From: a virus
DNA length: 50,575 nt
Strand: one strand, 5' to 3'
Virus record (IMG/VR): IMGVR_UViG_3300045988_081930
In this document: in pieces, positions 41,582 through 50,532 of the stretch
How positions within the stretch are numbered: position 1 is the first letter of the stretch
Layout of the letters: every line of letters begins with the position of its first letter
Position numbers and translations under genes: made by a program
Notes under the pieces: model-generated
Databases searched by the model: none
The model's input: the letters and a program-made list of their open reading frames with translations, nothing else
Told to the model about the DNA's origin: nothing

Positions 41582-42731
41582 GATCGCAGAACTGGCGAAC
41601 GCGCCGGAAGTGAGCTTTATCGGATACCTGACGCTGGACGAAGTAAAGCAGATGGTAAGTGACTGGTACAACGAGAAGTACAAGGAGCTGACCGGCACAG
41701 CCCCGGTGCTGGGAGACGCCGCGCCGGAAAAGCTGCTGCAATATGCCATTGCCATGCTGGGCGGGCAGACATTGCAGTACATCCAGGACAAGGGCAACGG
41801 TGAGCTGCTGGCAACGAGCTATGGCGACTATCTGGACCAGCTGGCGGCGAACCTGGGCGTTGTGCGCAAGCCTGCCGACAGAGCAACGGTGACGCTGCGT
41901 TTTACGCTGGCTGACACGAGGAACAATGCTGTGGGCATACCAGCCGGTACGCGGGTGCGCACCGAAAACAGCCTGTACTTTAATACGCTGGACTATGCCG
42001 AGGTGAAGGCCGGAGAGCTGACAGCGGATGTGCTGGCGCAGGCGCAGGAGGCGGGAGCCGAGAGCAACGGGATCGAAGCCGGCGCAATCAACACGCTGGT
42101 TGACCCGATCCCCTACATGGAGAGCGTGACGAACATTGAGGCAAGCCACGGCGGAACCGACACGGAGGACGACGATGCGTTGAGCGAGCGGGTGTTTTTG
42201 GCACCTTCTGTGTTCAGCTGCGCGGGGCCTGCGGACGCTTATGTGTACTACGCCAAGGCGTGGCGCAACGATGTGGCGGATGTGAAGATCGACAGCCCGG
42301 AACCGTGCGAGGTAGACATTTACTTTTTGCTGGGCGATGACGGCAGACTGCCGACGGGCACCGAGCTGAAAGAGATGCAGGCATACTTTGCAGACGAGGA
42401 CAAAGTAAAGCGCCCACTGACCGACAAGGTCGTGTGCAAGGCCCCGGCGGAGATCGGGTACGGCATTGACCTGACATACTACATTGCCAGCAGTGACCGC
42501 AACAACGTGGCCGCCATACAGGAAGCCGTGAGCGCCGCAGTGGCAAGCTACAAGGCGTGGCAGCGCAAACTTGGCCGGGATATTAACCCGACGGAGCTGA
42601 TTGCCGCTGTGCGCGGTGCTGGGGCCAAGAGGGTGAAACTGAAAGCCCCGGCGGATACCGTGGTAAGCGCGGCGGCCATTGCACGGTGCGACAGCGAAAC
42701 CGTGAACTACGGAGGGCTGGAAGATGATTAG
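41574..42731 (+). CDS. Baseplate J-like protein
   Basis: 385-aa ORF in the canonical W-J-I order. Confidence 0.7.
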   Translation: MSKIAELANAPEVSFIGYLTLDEVKQMVSDWYNEKYKELTGTAPVLGDAAPEKLLQYAIAMLGGQTLQYIQDKGNGELLATSYGDYLDQLAANLGVVRKPADRATVTLRFTLADTRNNAVGIPAGTRVRTENSLYFNTLDYAEVKAGELTADVLAQAQEAGAESNGIEAGAINTLVDPIPYMESVTNIEASHGGTDTEDDDALSERVFLAPSVFSCAGPADAYVYYAKAWRNDVADVKIDSPEPCEVDIYFLLGDDGRLPTGTELKEMQAYFADEDKVKRPLTDKVVCKAPAEIGYGIDLTYYIASSDRNNVAAIQEAVSAAVASYKAWQRKLGRDINPTELIAAVRGAGAKRVKLKAPADTVVSAAAIARCDSETVNYGGLEDD

Positions 42732-43515
42732 TCTGCGGCAAGCGAAGCTGACAGACGCGATACCGGCAACGCTGGCGGCGCAGCCGTGGGCGCAGGCTTT
42801 GGCCTACGCAGAATGGCGGATGCGCGGCCTGCTGCTGGAATACGCGCAGGACAGCCAGATATACACCGCGCTGGACACATGCCCGGAAATGGTGCTGGAT
42901 GCACTGGCCGTAAGCTGGAAAGTGGACTGGTACGACACCACCTACCCGGTAGAGATCAAGCGCAGCATTATCCGCAGCTGCATGGCGGTGCGCCGGTACA
43001 TGGGCACAGCATGGAGCGCCAAAAAGGCGCTTAGTGACGTATGGCCGGACAGCGGCATCGAGGAATGGTTTGACTACGGCGGAGAGCCGGGGCGGTTCCG
43101 CGTGGTGTGCAATGTGACAGACCCAACCGTTACCGCGCAGGTGGAAGTGATAGAAAACAATGTGATGCTGTACAAGCGGGAGAGTGCCCACCTGGACAGC
43201 ATCAGCTTTATGGTCCGCCACGGTATACAAATTGGAGCGGTATACGAAGCGTACAAATACGATGTGCCGCGGTGCGGGATGATCCGCTGCGGCGCATGGC
43301 CGCGCCGCGCCACGCTGGGCAGAACCGAGGGCGCAGGGCTGGTGCTGACGCCGGCAGCAGACGCCTTTGCGGCGGAGATACCGCTTTGCGGTACACTGCC
43401 CTACCCTGCCACGCTGGGCCGCACAGAGATCGCCCCGGAAGTGGGCGCATACAAAGTTACCCCGGTACGAAGCGGACAACGGCGCTGCGGATATACCGTG
43501 GTGAAAAAATCGTAA
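42724..43515 (+). CDS. Tail protein I-like (XkdU-like)
   Basis: 263-aa ORF after J; LDALAVSWKVDWYD. Confidence 0.6.
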   Translation: MISLRQAKLTDAIPATLAAQPWAQALAYAEWRMRGLLLEYAQDSQIYTALDTCPEMVLDALAVSWKVDWYDTTYPVEIKRSIIRSCMAVRRYMGTAWSAKKALSDVWPDSGIEEWFDYGGEPGRFRVVCNVTDPTVTAQVEVIENNVMLYKRESAHLDSISFMVRHGIQIGAVYEAYKYDVPRCGMIRCGAWPRRATLGRTEGAGLVLTPAADAFAAEIPLCGTLPYPATLGRTEIAPEVGAYKVTPVRSGQRRCGYTVVKKS

Positions 43516-43536
43516 CGGGAAAGGAGGGGCAAGAAG

Positions 43537-43857
43537 ATGGCATTTTTTACCGAGGATTTCCTGAATGCGAGGCGGGCTGACCTGCTGCGCAGCGTGCAGC
43601 GGTTCCAGTACCAGATCAACGGCGGCGGCTGGCAGGACGGCGAGATCAACAGCAAGGCCGTGATCGGCAATGCGGTGGTGGTATTTGTGAGCGTGCCGAG
43701 CTCCGGCGCAGCGGACACCATTACCGGCGTGCGGGTGTACGACAACAACGACAAGCTGGCAGGACAGCAGGCCGTGAGCGTGAAACGGACGAGCGTGAAC
43801 GCGGCGCTTTTGCGGTTTGTGTTCCCGCTGACGGAAGCGCAGACGGCAACGAGATGA
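43537..43857 (+). CDS. Small tail-fibre-module protein
   Basis: 106-aa ORF. Confidence 0.5.
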   Translation: MAFFTEDFLNARRADLLRSVQRFQYQINGGGWQDGEINSKAVIGNAVVVFVSVPSSGAADTITGVRVYDNNDKLAGQQAVSVKRTSVNAALLRFVFPLTEAQTATR

Positions 43858-43874
43858 AAGAGAGGTGAACGACT

Positions 43875-44411
43875 ATGTATGAACGCACATTCTGGCTGGA
43901 CCATGTAGAGGACCAGGGCGGAGAGGTGATCCAGGAGGGCACGCCGCTGGACCAGGCACACTTCAACAAAATGGAGGTAGGCATTGAGGACGCGAACCTT
44001 GCGCACAAGATCGTGATGATCTTTGCACGGTGGATCGAGCGCAGGCTTGCCGCCATTGAGGGAACCAGCGGCACCCACACCACCGACATTGCCGGGATCA
44101 AGGCGAAGGACACGACGCAGGACGGACGATTGACGGCGCTGGAAAGCGAGACTGCGGCAGAGGTGAAGGAAGTGACCCTGACCGCCAACAGCAACCCGTG
44201 GCCGTTTTGCAACGATGACAAGAACGTGATCCTGACTACCGTGCGCAAGAACACCAACTACACGGTGGATGTGTATGTCAAGAGCGTGGCAGACGGACGG
44301 CTGGGCGACATTACCGTGAGCGGCAAGGGCACGAACAGCTTTAAGGTACGCCACGACGGCAGCGCCAAGACCGTGGTGCTGACTTTGAAAATTACGGGAG
44401 GTATGAAGTGA
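43875..44411 (+). CDS. Tail fibre protein
   Basis: N-terminal ERTFWLDHVEDQGGEVIQEGTPLDQAHFNKMEVGI, typical of Firmicutes prophage fibres. Confidence 0.55.
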   Translation: MYERTFWLDHVEDQGGEVIQEGTPLDQAHFNKMEVGIEDANLAHKIVMIFARWIERRLAAIEGTSGTHTTDIAGIKAKDTTQDGRLTALESETAAEVKEVTLTANSNPWPFCNDDKNVILTTVRKNTNYTVDVYVKSVADGRLGDITVSGKGTNSFKVRHDGSAKTVVLTLKITGGMK

Positions 44412-44875
44412 TGAAAGTTACCGAACTGAACGAGGGCAAGAAGATCGCCTACGCTGTGAAGAAAACCATGCTGACGCTGGACGGCGGGCGCATTGCGCTG
44501 GACTTGCAGAAGTACCAGAAGGACTACCCTGTTACGCTGGACTTTATGACGGACGGCGAGGGCAACTTGCTGATGAACGCTTTTGACAGCCTGCGCGCCT
44601 ATGTGGCGGAAATCCGCCTGCCTGCCTATGAGACCGAAACCGTGGAGGTTGAGGACGAGGAGACCGCTGCGGCAGACACCACCCCGGCGGATGAGCAGGA
44701 CGCAGCTGCACAGGCCGGCGTGACCGAGGAGGCGCAGGATGCCGAGACCGTTGCGCAGGGCGAGACGCAGAAAAAGACCGTGACCCGCCGCCTGCCGCTG
44801 GACATGAGCAAGGTCGAACTTGACCTGTTTGCCATTGACGGCATTTACATCAACCAGCTGGACGGCGAGTTTTAA
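44408..44875 (+). CDS. Tail-fibre-module protein, acidic
   Basis: 155-aa ORF. Confidence 0.5.
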   Translation: MMKVTELNEGKKIAYAVKKTMLTLDGGRIALDLQKYQKDYPVTLDFMTDGEGNLLMNAFDSLRAYVAEIRLPAYETETVEVEDEETAAADTTPADEQDAAAQAGVTEEAQDAETVAQGETQKKTVTRRLPLDMSKVELDLFAIDGIYINQLDGEF

Positions 44876-44888
44876 GGAGGAATGAGAG

Positions 44889-45983
44889 ATGGCTAACAAC
44901 TTTGATGCAATGCGCATGGCCGTGCGGGCCGTGTTCCCAACCAATGATGTGCTGATGGACGATAAGGACGAGCCGAGCGTTATGGTGTACATCCCGGCGT
45001 TCCGCCTGTGTGATGTGCTTTCGACCAGCGACACGAGCGTACACCCGGCGTTCCGCATGAACGGCAAGGAGATCGCGGGCTTTTACATGGGCAAGTACCA
45101 GACGAAGCACTACAATGGCCGCGCCTACAGCCTGCCCGCGCAGGACCCCGCCAACGGCCAGAACTACGACCAGTTCCGCCAGCAGGCCGCCGCCAAGGGC
45201 GCGGGATGGCATGAGACGACCAACGCCGAGTGGGCCGCTGTGGCGCTGTGGTGCCACAAGAACGGCTGTGAGCCGAAGGGCAACAACAACTACGGCAAGG
45301 ACACCAACGAGAGTGGGTATATTGCTATCCCGGCACCGGGCGTGCAGGATAACAACAAGACCGCCCGCGTGCTGACCGGCACCGGCCCGGTCACTTGGAG
45401 CCACAACGGCCAGATGGACGGCATCTTTGACATGAACGGCAATGTGTGGGAATGGGTACTTGGCCTGCGTCTGGTCAAGGGCGAGTTGCAGATCATTGCG
45501 GACAACAACGCCGCCGACAGCTCTTGCGATTCGAGCGCAACCTCTACCGCATGGAAGGCCATCAAGGCAAGCGACGGCACCCTGATCACCCCGGACGGGA
45601 ACGGAACTACCGAGGGCAGCGTGAAGCTGGACTACATCGGCAGAAAGGGCGTGTGGAGCGCCAACATGACCAACCGCGAGGACAAGGGCGTCGGCTGCGG
45701 ATTCAAGGACGTGAGCGCCGATGCCACCGTGGGCGATGCCGCAAAGCTGCTGCTTATGAGCCTTGCACTGATGCCGGACACCGCGCTGACGGGCACCGGC
45801 ATTGACGCAACCTACGGCGGCAACTACTTCTACTTCAACAACGGCGCGGATGAGCGGTGCCCGCATCGCGGCGGCGGCTGGCACAATGGCGGCTATGCGG
45901 GCGTGTTCGGCTTGAACTTGGGCTACCCGCGCTCGTATGCCAGCTGGAAGCTTGGCGGGCGCTGCGCTTTTGTAAAGCAGTAA
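44889..45983 (+). CDS. DGR target protein (receptor-binding candidate) with a C-terminal lectin/FGE-like variable region
   Basis: The last 117 nt are the VR; ...GGGWHNGGYAGVFGLNLGYPRSYASWKLGGRCAF. Confidence 0.8.
   Translation: MANNFDAMRMAVRAVFPTNDVLMDDKDEPSVMVYIPAFRLCDVLSTSDTSVHPAFRMNGKEIAGFYMGKYQTKHYNGRAYSLPAQDPANGQNYDQFRQQAAAKGAGWHETTNAEWAAVALWCHKNGCEPKGNNNYGKDTNESGYIAIPAPGVQDNNKTARVLTGTGPVTWSHNGQMDGIFDMNGNVWEWVLGLRLVKGELQIIADNNAADSSCDSSATSTAWKAIKASDGTLITPDGNGTTEGSVKLDYIGRKGVWSANMTNREDKGVGCGFKDVSADATVGDAAKLLLMSLALMPDTALTGTGIDATYGGNYFYFNNGADERCPHRGGGWHNGGYAGVFGLNLGYPRSYASWKLGGRCAFVKQ
45854..45970 (+). repeat. DGR variable repeat (VR)
   Basis: Gapless alignment to TR: 15 mismatches, 14 of them at TR adenines. 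Confidence 0.9.
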
Positions 45984-46004
45984 GCTGGACCCTGATGTGC
46001 TGGG

Positions 46005-46024
46005 GTCTGCGCGATAGCGCAGAC
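46005..46024 (+). other. Perfect 8-bp stem with GATA loop downstream of the VR (DGR target-recognition hairpin candidate)
   Basis: GTCTGCGC-gata-GCGCAGAC. Confidence 0.7.
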
Positions 46025-46075
46025 ACAAACCCTGCGCGGCTTTGAGCCGCGCCGAATTTACAGGAGGTGTTGACT

Positions 46076-46483
46076 GTGCCGAGAAATGCCGAGGTGCCGC
46101 CCCAGAGGACGGCTGGCGAAGCACAATATCAACCGTTTTGGCTGCGCGAGAAAACCAAAGAAATGCTGCATTATGGATATAAGCTGACAATGATGTTCCC
46201 ACGGAAAAGCAAAGAGCTTGCCGATGAAATGCGCCGCACCATGATCAGCATGTACAGAATGACGGTTGAGTTAGACAAGAAGTGCTACAAGAAAACGACC
46301 ACACAAACGCTGGACATTGAGCTGGCATGGCTGCGCGAGCTGGTAGTGATGGCAAGTGATAAGGATTTCTACGGTGATAAAATGCAACCGCCCCTTACCA
46401 TGCACCAGCGGGAAGTGTGGGCGAAAATGAACGATGAGATCGGACGGCTGCTGGGCGGCTATTTGAAAACGCTGAAACAGTAG
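46076..46483 (+). CDS. avd: DGR accessory variability determinant (Avd-like)
   Basis: About 135-aa basic helical ORF between VR and TR; GTG 8 nt after AGGAGG (ORF track start 46067). Confidence 0.7.
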   Translation: MPRNAEVPPQRTAGEAQYQPFWLREKTKEMLHYGYKLTMMFPRKSKELADEMRRTMISMYRMTVELDKKCYKKTTTQTLDIELAWLRELVVMASDKDFYGDKMQPPLTMHQREVWAKMNDEIGRLLGGYLKTLKQ

Positions 46484-46522
46484 ACGGACGCTTTTCATAA
46501 ACCGGGAATGCGCTATTTTACG

Positions 46523-46639
46523 GCGGTGCCCGAATCGCGGCGGCAACTGGAACAATGGCGGCAATGCGGGCGTGTTCAACTTGAACTTGAACAACCCGCG
46601 CTCGAATACCAACTGGAATATTGGCGGGCGCTGCGCTTT
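46523..46639 (+). repeat. DGR template repeat (TR), followed by an approximately 180-nt spacer up to the RT
   Basis: 26 adenines, AAC/AAT-rich in the VR reading frame; non-coding context. Confidence 0.9.
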
Positions 46640-46821
46640 ACGATCAAACACACGCAAGGTGGCGGAGGTTTACGCCGGACAAGAGGGCTGCTGCTTACGA
46701 GCGGCAGTCGGTGTGTGAACTTAAAGGAGCGCATTTCCGTTCCGGGCGTTGAACCCGGAAAAAATGTGAATTGCCCGGGAAACAGAAATGCGACACCGGG
46801 CGGAGCGAGAAGTAAAAATTT

Positions 46822-48054
46822 ATGAGTAAAAAGCTCGGAGAGCCGGTAGCGCTGGCACGGGCAGAAGATGGGCACACGGTCATTGGGCCGGGTGCCTTTG
46901 CTGTTATGACGGACTTTGCGTGGCTGGAACGGGCAAACCGCAACGCACGCAAGGGAAAGAGATACCGCGAGGAAGTGCGGTATTTCCATCAGAATCTTGA
47001 CGGCAACATGCTGGACATACAGCGGGATGTGAGGGCCGGCACCTACCGCACGGGCGGCTACCGGCATTTGTGGGTGCAAGTGCCGAAGAAACGGCTTGTG
47101 ATGGCGCTGCCCTACCGTGACCGCATTGTACAGTGGAGCGTGTACCAACTGCTGAACCCGTATTTTGACCGCACATTTATTACAGACAGCTACGCTTGCC
47201 GCGTAGGCAAAGGGAGCCACAAGGCTGTTGGGCGGCTGCAATACTGGCTGCGGCAGATAGACCGAAGCATATACCCGGATTGGTACTACCTGAAGCTGGA
47301 CATAAGCAAATACTTCTACCGCGTGGATCATGCGGTGCTGCTGGAAATACTGGGCAGGCGGATCACGGACCCGGATGTTATGGCCCTGCTGGAACGGGTG
47401 ATCAACAACCCGAACGAGCCGTTTGGACTGCCGCGCGGCAAGAAGCCGGAGGACGTGGCGTTTGAAAGCTGGCTGTACAACGTGGGGATGCCGATAGGCA
47501 ACCTGCTGTCGCAGATGTTCGCAAACATTGTGTTGAACGAGCTTGACCAGTATTGCAAGCACGTCTTGAAGCTGCACTGCTACATCCGCTACATGGACGA
47601 CATACTGGTGCTGGGGCCGGACAAAGAACAGCTGAAGCAGTGCCATGCGGCGATTGCGGCATTTTTGAGCGAGATGCTGCACCTTGACCTGAACGCCAAG
47701 ACCTGCATACGGCCTGTGAGCATGGGCATTGAGTTTGTGGGGCAGCGTGTTTGGGCGACGCACGCGGTACTGCGCAAGAGTACGGTACGCCGGATGAAAC
47801 GCGAGGTGCGCAAGATCAGCGAGGATGTGCGGGACGGCGTTATTAACCGGCAGGAGTATCAACGGCGGGTGGCAAGCATACGCGGCATGATGGACCACAC
47901 GAACAGAGGTGCGCTGCGCTGGCGGCTTAACGAGATAACACGGAACATCGTAGGTGAAGAATATGGACAACTGCCTTATGGCCGAGGCGACAGTGATCGA
48001 AAAGCTGTGCGCGGTGGTGGAGCTGCAAAGCGAGATCATCCGCGTGCAGCATGA
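46822..48054 (+). CDS. DGR reverse transcriptase
   Basis: MPIGNLLSQMFANI and YIRYMDDILVLG motifs; 410 aa. Confidence 0.9.
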   Translation: MSKKLGEPVALARAEDGHTVIGPGAFAVMTDFAWLERANRNARKGKRYREEVRYFHQNLDGNMLDIQRDVRAGTYRTGGYRHLWVQVPKKRLVMALPYRDRIVQWSVYQLLNPYFDRTFITDSYACRVGKGSHKAVGRLQYWLRQIDRSIYPDWYYLKLDISKYFYRVDHAVLLEILGRRITDPDVMALLERVINNPNEPFGLPRGKKPEDVAFESWLYNVGMPIGNLLSQMFANIVLNELDQYCKHVLKLHCYIRYMDDILVLGPDKEQLKQCHAAIAAFLSEMLHLDLNAKTCIRPVSMGIEFVGQRVWATHAVLRKSTVRRMKREVRKISEDVRDGVINRQEYQRRVASIRGMMDHTNRGALRWRLNEITRNIVGEEYGQLPYGRGDSDRKAVRGGGAAKRDHPRAA

Positions 48055-48154
48055 TGTGATCCACCAGCTGGGCGGCTATGATCCTACGGAGGAACAGACC
48101 GCGCAGGCGGACGGCATGAGCCGGGAGCTGTGCGGGGATATTTTTGATTTGTAG
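47954..48154 (+). CDS. Small protein overlapping the RT 3' end (lysis-module accessory?)
   Basis: 66-aa ORF; start uncertain (ATGs at 47954, 47963 and 47981). Confidence 0.35.
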   Translation: MKNMDNCLMAEATVIEKLCAVVELQSEIIRVQHDVIHQLGGYDPTEEQTAQADGMSRELCGDIFDL

Positions 48155-48156
48155 GT

Positions 48157-49479
48157 TTGATACGAAAGGGGCTGAACGGAATGGAACAGACGGGCATTTT
48201 TAAAGGCCGTGTTGAGGTGCGGTATAATTATGGCCGTTTTGGCTGGACCCGCGGCGGCGGGAAAACCTGGCATGGCGGCATTGACATTGTGGGACTGGAC
48301 GACGCGACCATCTATATGCCGTTTTACATGGGCAAAAAGATCACGGGCACTGTTGTGAATGCACGCATTGTGCTGAACAAGAGCAACAGGACGTGGGAGT
48401 GGGGCTGGTATGTCTGCGTGAAGCTGGACAAGAACCAGACGCCTGACACGGTGAACTACCTGTACTTCTGTCATTGTGCATCCCTGCTTGTGAAGCAGGG
48501 GCAGAAAGTAAGCAGCGGCACCGCGCTGGCCGTGATGGGCAACAGCGGGAATGCGGCAGACGCAAACCCGCCGTACAAGCACTGCCACCTTGAAACACGC
48601 GCCACGGCGACAGGCACGGGCGTTGACCCGACGAAATATGCAGGTGTGCCGAACACCGTAGGCGTATACGGCAGTGCAGCCCAGAGCACGGAGCCTGCCG
48701 GGAGTGTGACCGGCGCCGGCGTGGGGGCAACCATCATCGACGTGTCGAAGCATCAGGGCGACATCGACTGGGCCAAGGTGCCGTACATGGCTATGGTGCG
48801 AATCGGCTACCGCGGATACGGCAGCGGCGCGCTGTGCAAGGATGAAAAGTTCGACGCAAACCTTGCCGGGGCCAAGGGCAACGGCAAGTTGCTGGGGTTC
48901 TACTTTTTCAGTCAGGCCGTGACGGAAGCGGAAGCGCGGGCGGAAGCGGAGTTCTGCGCGAAGCTGGCACCGAGCGGCTATCCCCTGTTTTTCGACAGCG
49001 AATGGGGGCACACGACAAAGACCGGCGCACACGATGGCCGCGCGGACAGCTTGAGCAAGGCACAACGCACGGCCTGCGCAAAAGCGTTCTGCGAGAGAGC
49101 GGCGGAGCTTGGCTTTACGCCGGGTGTGTATACTTTCGCATTGTTCACAACCACGAACATTGACTACGCAGGGCTGTGTGCAACGTGGCCGGGCTGGCTG
49201 GCAGATGTACGCGCAAACTATGACAAGGCGCTGCCGCGGTACATCCACCAGTATGCGAAAAGCGCAAAAGGTGGCGTGGCGGGCATTGCCACGGAAACGG
49301 ACCTGAACAAGATCATTAAGGAGCTGCCGAAGATGGACAAGCCTACCGCGCCCACGAAGCAGACCATCAGCCTTGACCCGGTGACGCTGCCGAACGCGGC
49401 GGCGATGGAGTTTTACCTGCTGGCGAAGAAGTACGGGCTGGACAACGACAAGTATTACCACGCAAAGTACGCGGACTGA
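48157..49479 (+). CDS. Bifunctional endolysin: M23 peptidase plus GH25 muramidase plus a C-terminal domain (likely start ATG 48181)
   Basis: WHGGIDIV...HCHLE (M23 HxxxD/HxH); IIDVSKHQGDIDW...GFYFFS...DSEW (GH25). Confidence 0.8.
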   Translation: MIRKGLNGMEQTGIFKGRVEVRYNYGRFGWTRGGGKTWHGGIDIVGLDDATIYMPFYMGKKITGTVVNARIVLNKSNRTWEWGWYVCVKLDKNQTPDTVNYLYFCHCASLLVKQGQKVSSGTALAVMGNSGNAADANPPYKHCHLETRATATGTGVDPTKYAGVPNTVGVYGSAAQSTEPAGSVTGAGVGATIIDVSKHQGDIDWAKVPYMAMVRIGYRGYGSGALCKDEKFDANLAGAKGNGKLLGFYFFSQAVTEAEARAEAEFCAKLAPSGYPLFFDSEWGHTTKTGAHDGRADSLSKAQRTACAKAFCERAAELGFTPGVYTFALFTTTNIDYAGLCATWPGWLADVRANYDKALPRYIHQYAKSAKGGVAGIATETDLNKIIKELPKMDKPTAPTKQTISLDPVTLPNAAAMEFYLLAKKYGLDNDKYYHAKYAD

Positions 49480-49540
49480 CCGCGAAAATGAAGAAACCAT
49501 TCTGACGATGGCCGCCGAACAAGGCGGGGAGGAAAACGAC

Positions 49541-50185
49541 ATGGAAAACAACGAGAACATTTTCTTGGTGATCAAGGGTGCAATCGCGGCGCTGGCTGGG
49601 ATGTACTCGGCTGCATTTGGCGTTGTGGGCTGCCTGGCCTTGGTGTGGGTGGCCTGCATGGCTGTGGACTACATCAGCGGAAGCGCTGCCGCCTGCAAGA
49701 ACGGCGAGTGGTCGAGCAAGGTTGCCAGAGAGGGCATTTACCACAAAGGTGGGATGTTGCTTGTGGTGGTGGTGGCTGCCATTACCGATGCGGCGGTGCA
49801 CATGGCTGTGGAGAGCATACCGAGCATCGGCATCAATTACAGTGCGGTGATCCTGCCGGTGGTGCTGGTATGGTACATTTTTACGGAGCTTGGCTCCATT
49901 GTGGAAAATGCCGCGGCTATGGGTGCGAATGTGCCGGAAAAGCTGGTGAAGCTGCTGGCGGCTGGCAAGGCTGCTGTGGAGAAAGACGGCGCGGAGACAG
50001 TTATTGATGCGGCGCTTGGCGGTGTAAGCGGCCAGAGCGGAAAAAATGCGCTGGAGAAGCTGGACTATGACGAGCTGGTGGAGCTGGCGTGCCAGATGGG
50101 ATTGACGGTGAAGGACGGCGAAAGCCGGGCAGAGCTGTTGAGTGAGATCATCAAGTGCGCTGTGGAGCATGAGAGCAAGCAGTAA
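49541..50185 (+). CDS. Holin (toxin-secretion/phage-lysis holin family) with a C-terminal extension
   Basis: VDYISGSAAACKNGEWSSKVAREGIYHKGGMLLVV plus hydrophobic segments; ATG 8 nt after GGGGAGG. Confidence 0.7.
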   Translation: MENNENIFLVIKGAIAALAGMYSAAFGVVGCLALVWVACMAVDYISGSAAACKNGEWSSKVAREGIYHKGGMLLVVVVAAITDAAVHMAVESIPSIGINYSAVILPVVLVWYIFTELGSIVENAAAMGANVPEKLVKLLAAGKAAVEKDGAETVIDAALGGVSGQSGKNALEKLDYDELVELACQMGLTVKDGESRAELLSEIIKCAVEHESKQ

Positions 50186-50196
50186 TACGCAATGAG

Positions 50197-50256
50197 AAAG
50201 CCCCGGCGGGCGGTACGGTGAGGAACCGTGCGGCCTGCCGGGGCTTTTGGTATTTG
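50197..50256 (+). terminator. Rho-independent terminator after the lysis genes
   Basis: AAAGCCCCGGC...GCCGGGGCTTT stem, then TTTTGGTATTTG. Confidence 0.7.
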
Positions 50257-50382
50257 TTGGGGAAAATTTGGAGAGAACTTGGAACGAGTTGAGGCGGGAG
50301 CATTTTTTGGGAGGTGACGAAAATGGTGGGAATGACAGCGGGAAATGAAAAAATATACGATGCTATGTGGGGAACAAAGATT

Positions 50383-50427
50383 GTACACACCGCAGTACAC
50401 ACCACGGTACACACCAGCGTACACACC
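50383..50427. repeat. Four tandem 12-bp-phased GTACACACC repeats (integrase arm-type site candidates)
   Basis: Copies start at 50383, 50395, 50407 and 50419. Confidence 0.6.
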
Positions 50428-50479
50428 CAGCACGGTTCTCTGTGTTTTTGGGCGTTTTTTACGAATAGTTACGAACGGA

Positions 50480-50532
50480 AAATATAAAAAGAATCAGCCG
50501 ATATTTAACGTGTTAGCGTTAAATATCGGCTG
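50480..50532 (-). terminator. 16-bp perfect hairpin plus U-run immediately 3' of the tRNA fragment on the minus strand
   Basis: CAGCCGATATTTAACG-tgttag-CGTTAAATATCGGCTG; the minus strand continues ATTCTTTTTATATTTT. Confidence 0.7.

Noticed and set aside
44889-48054. A second DGR variable repeat elsewhere in the genome
   Set aside because: No other six-frame translation resembles the TR/VR peptide (…WxNGG.AG.F.LNL...), and I saw no other copy of the conserved CTTGAACTTG / GGCGGGCGCTGCGC segments. This was scanned by eye only.
50383-50427. CRISPR-like array (short tandem repeats)
   Set aside because: It has four 9-mers at 12-bp phase with 3-nt spacers, which is far too short. The position beside the att core fits integrase arm sites. 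The three 74-nt repeats at 19110-20077 are separated by genes, not spacers.
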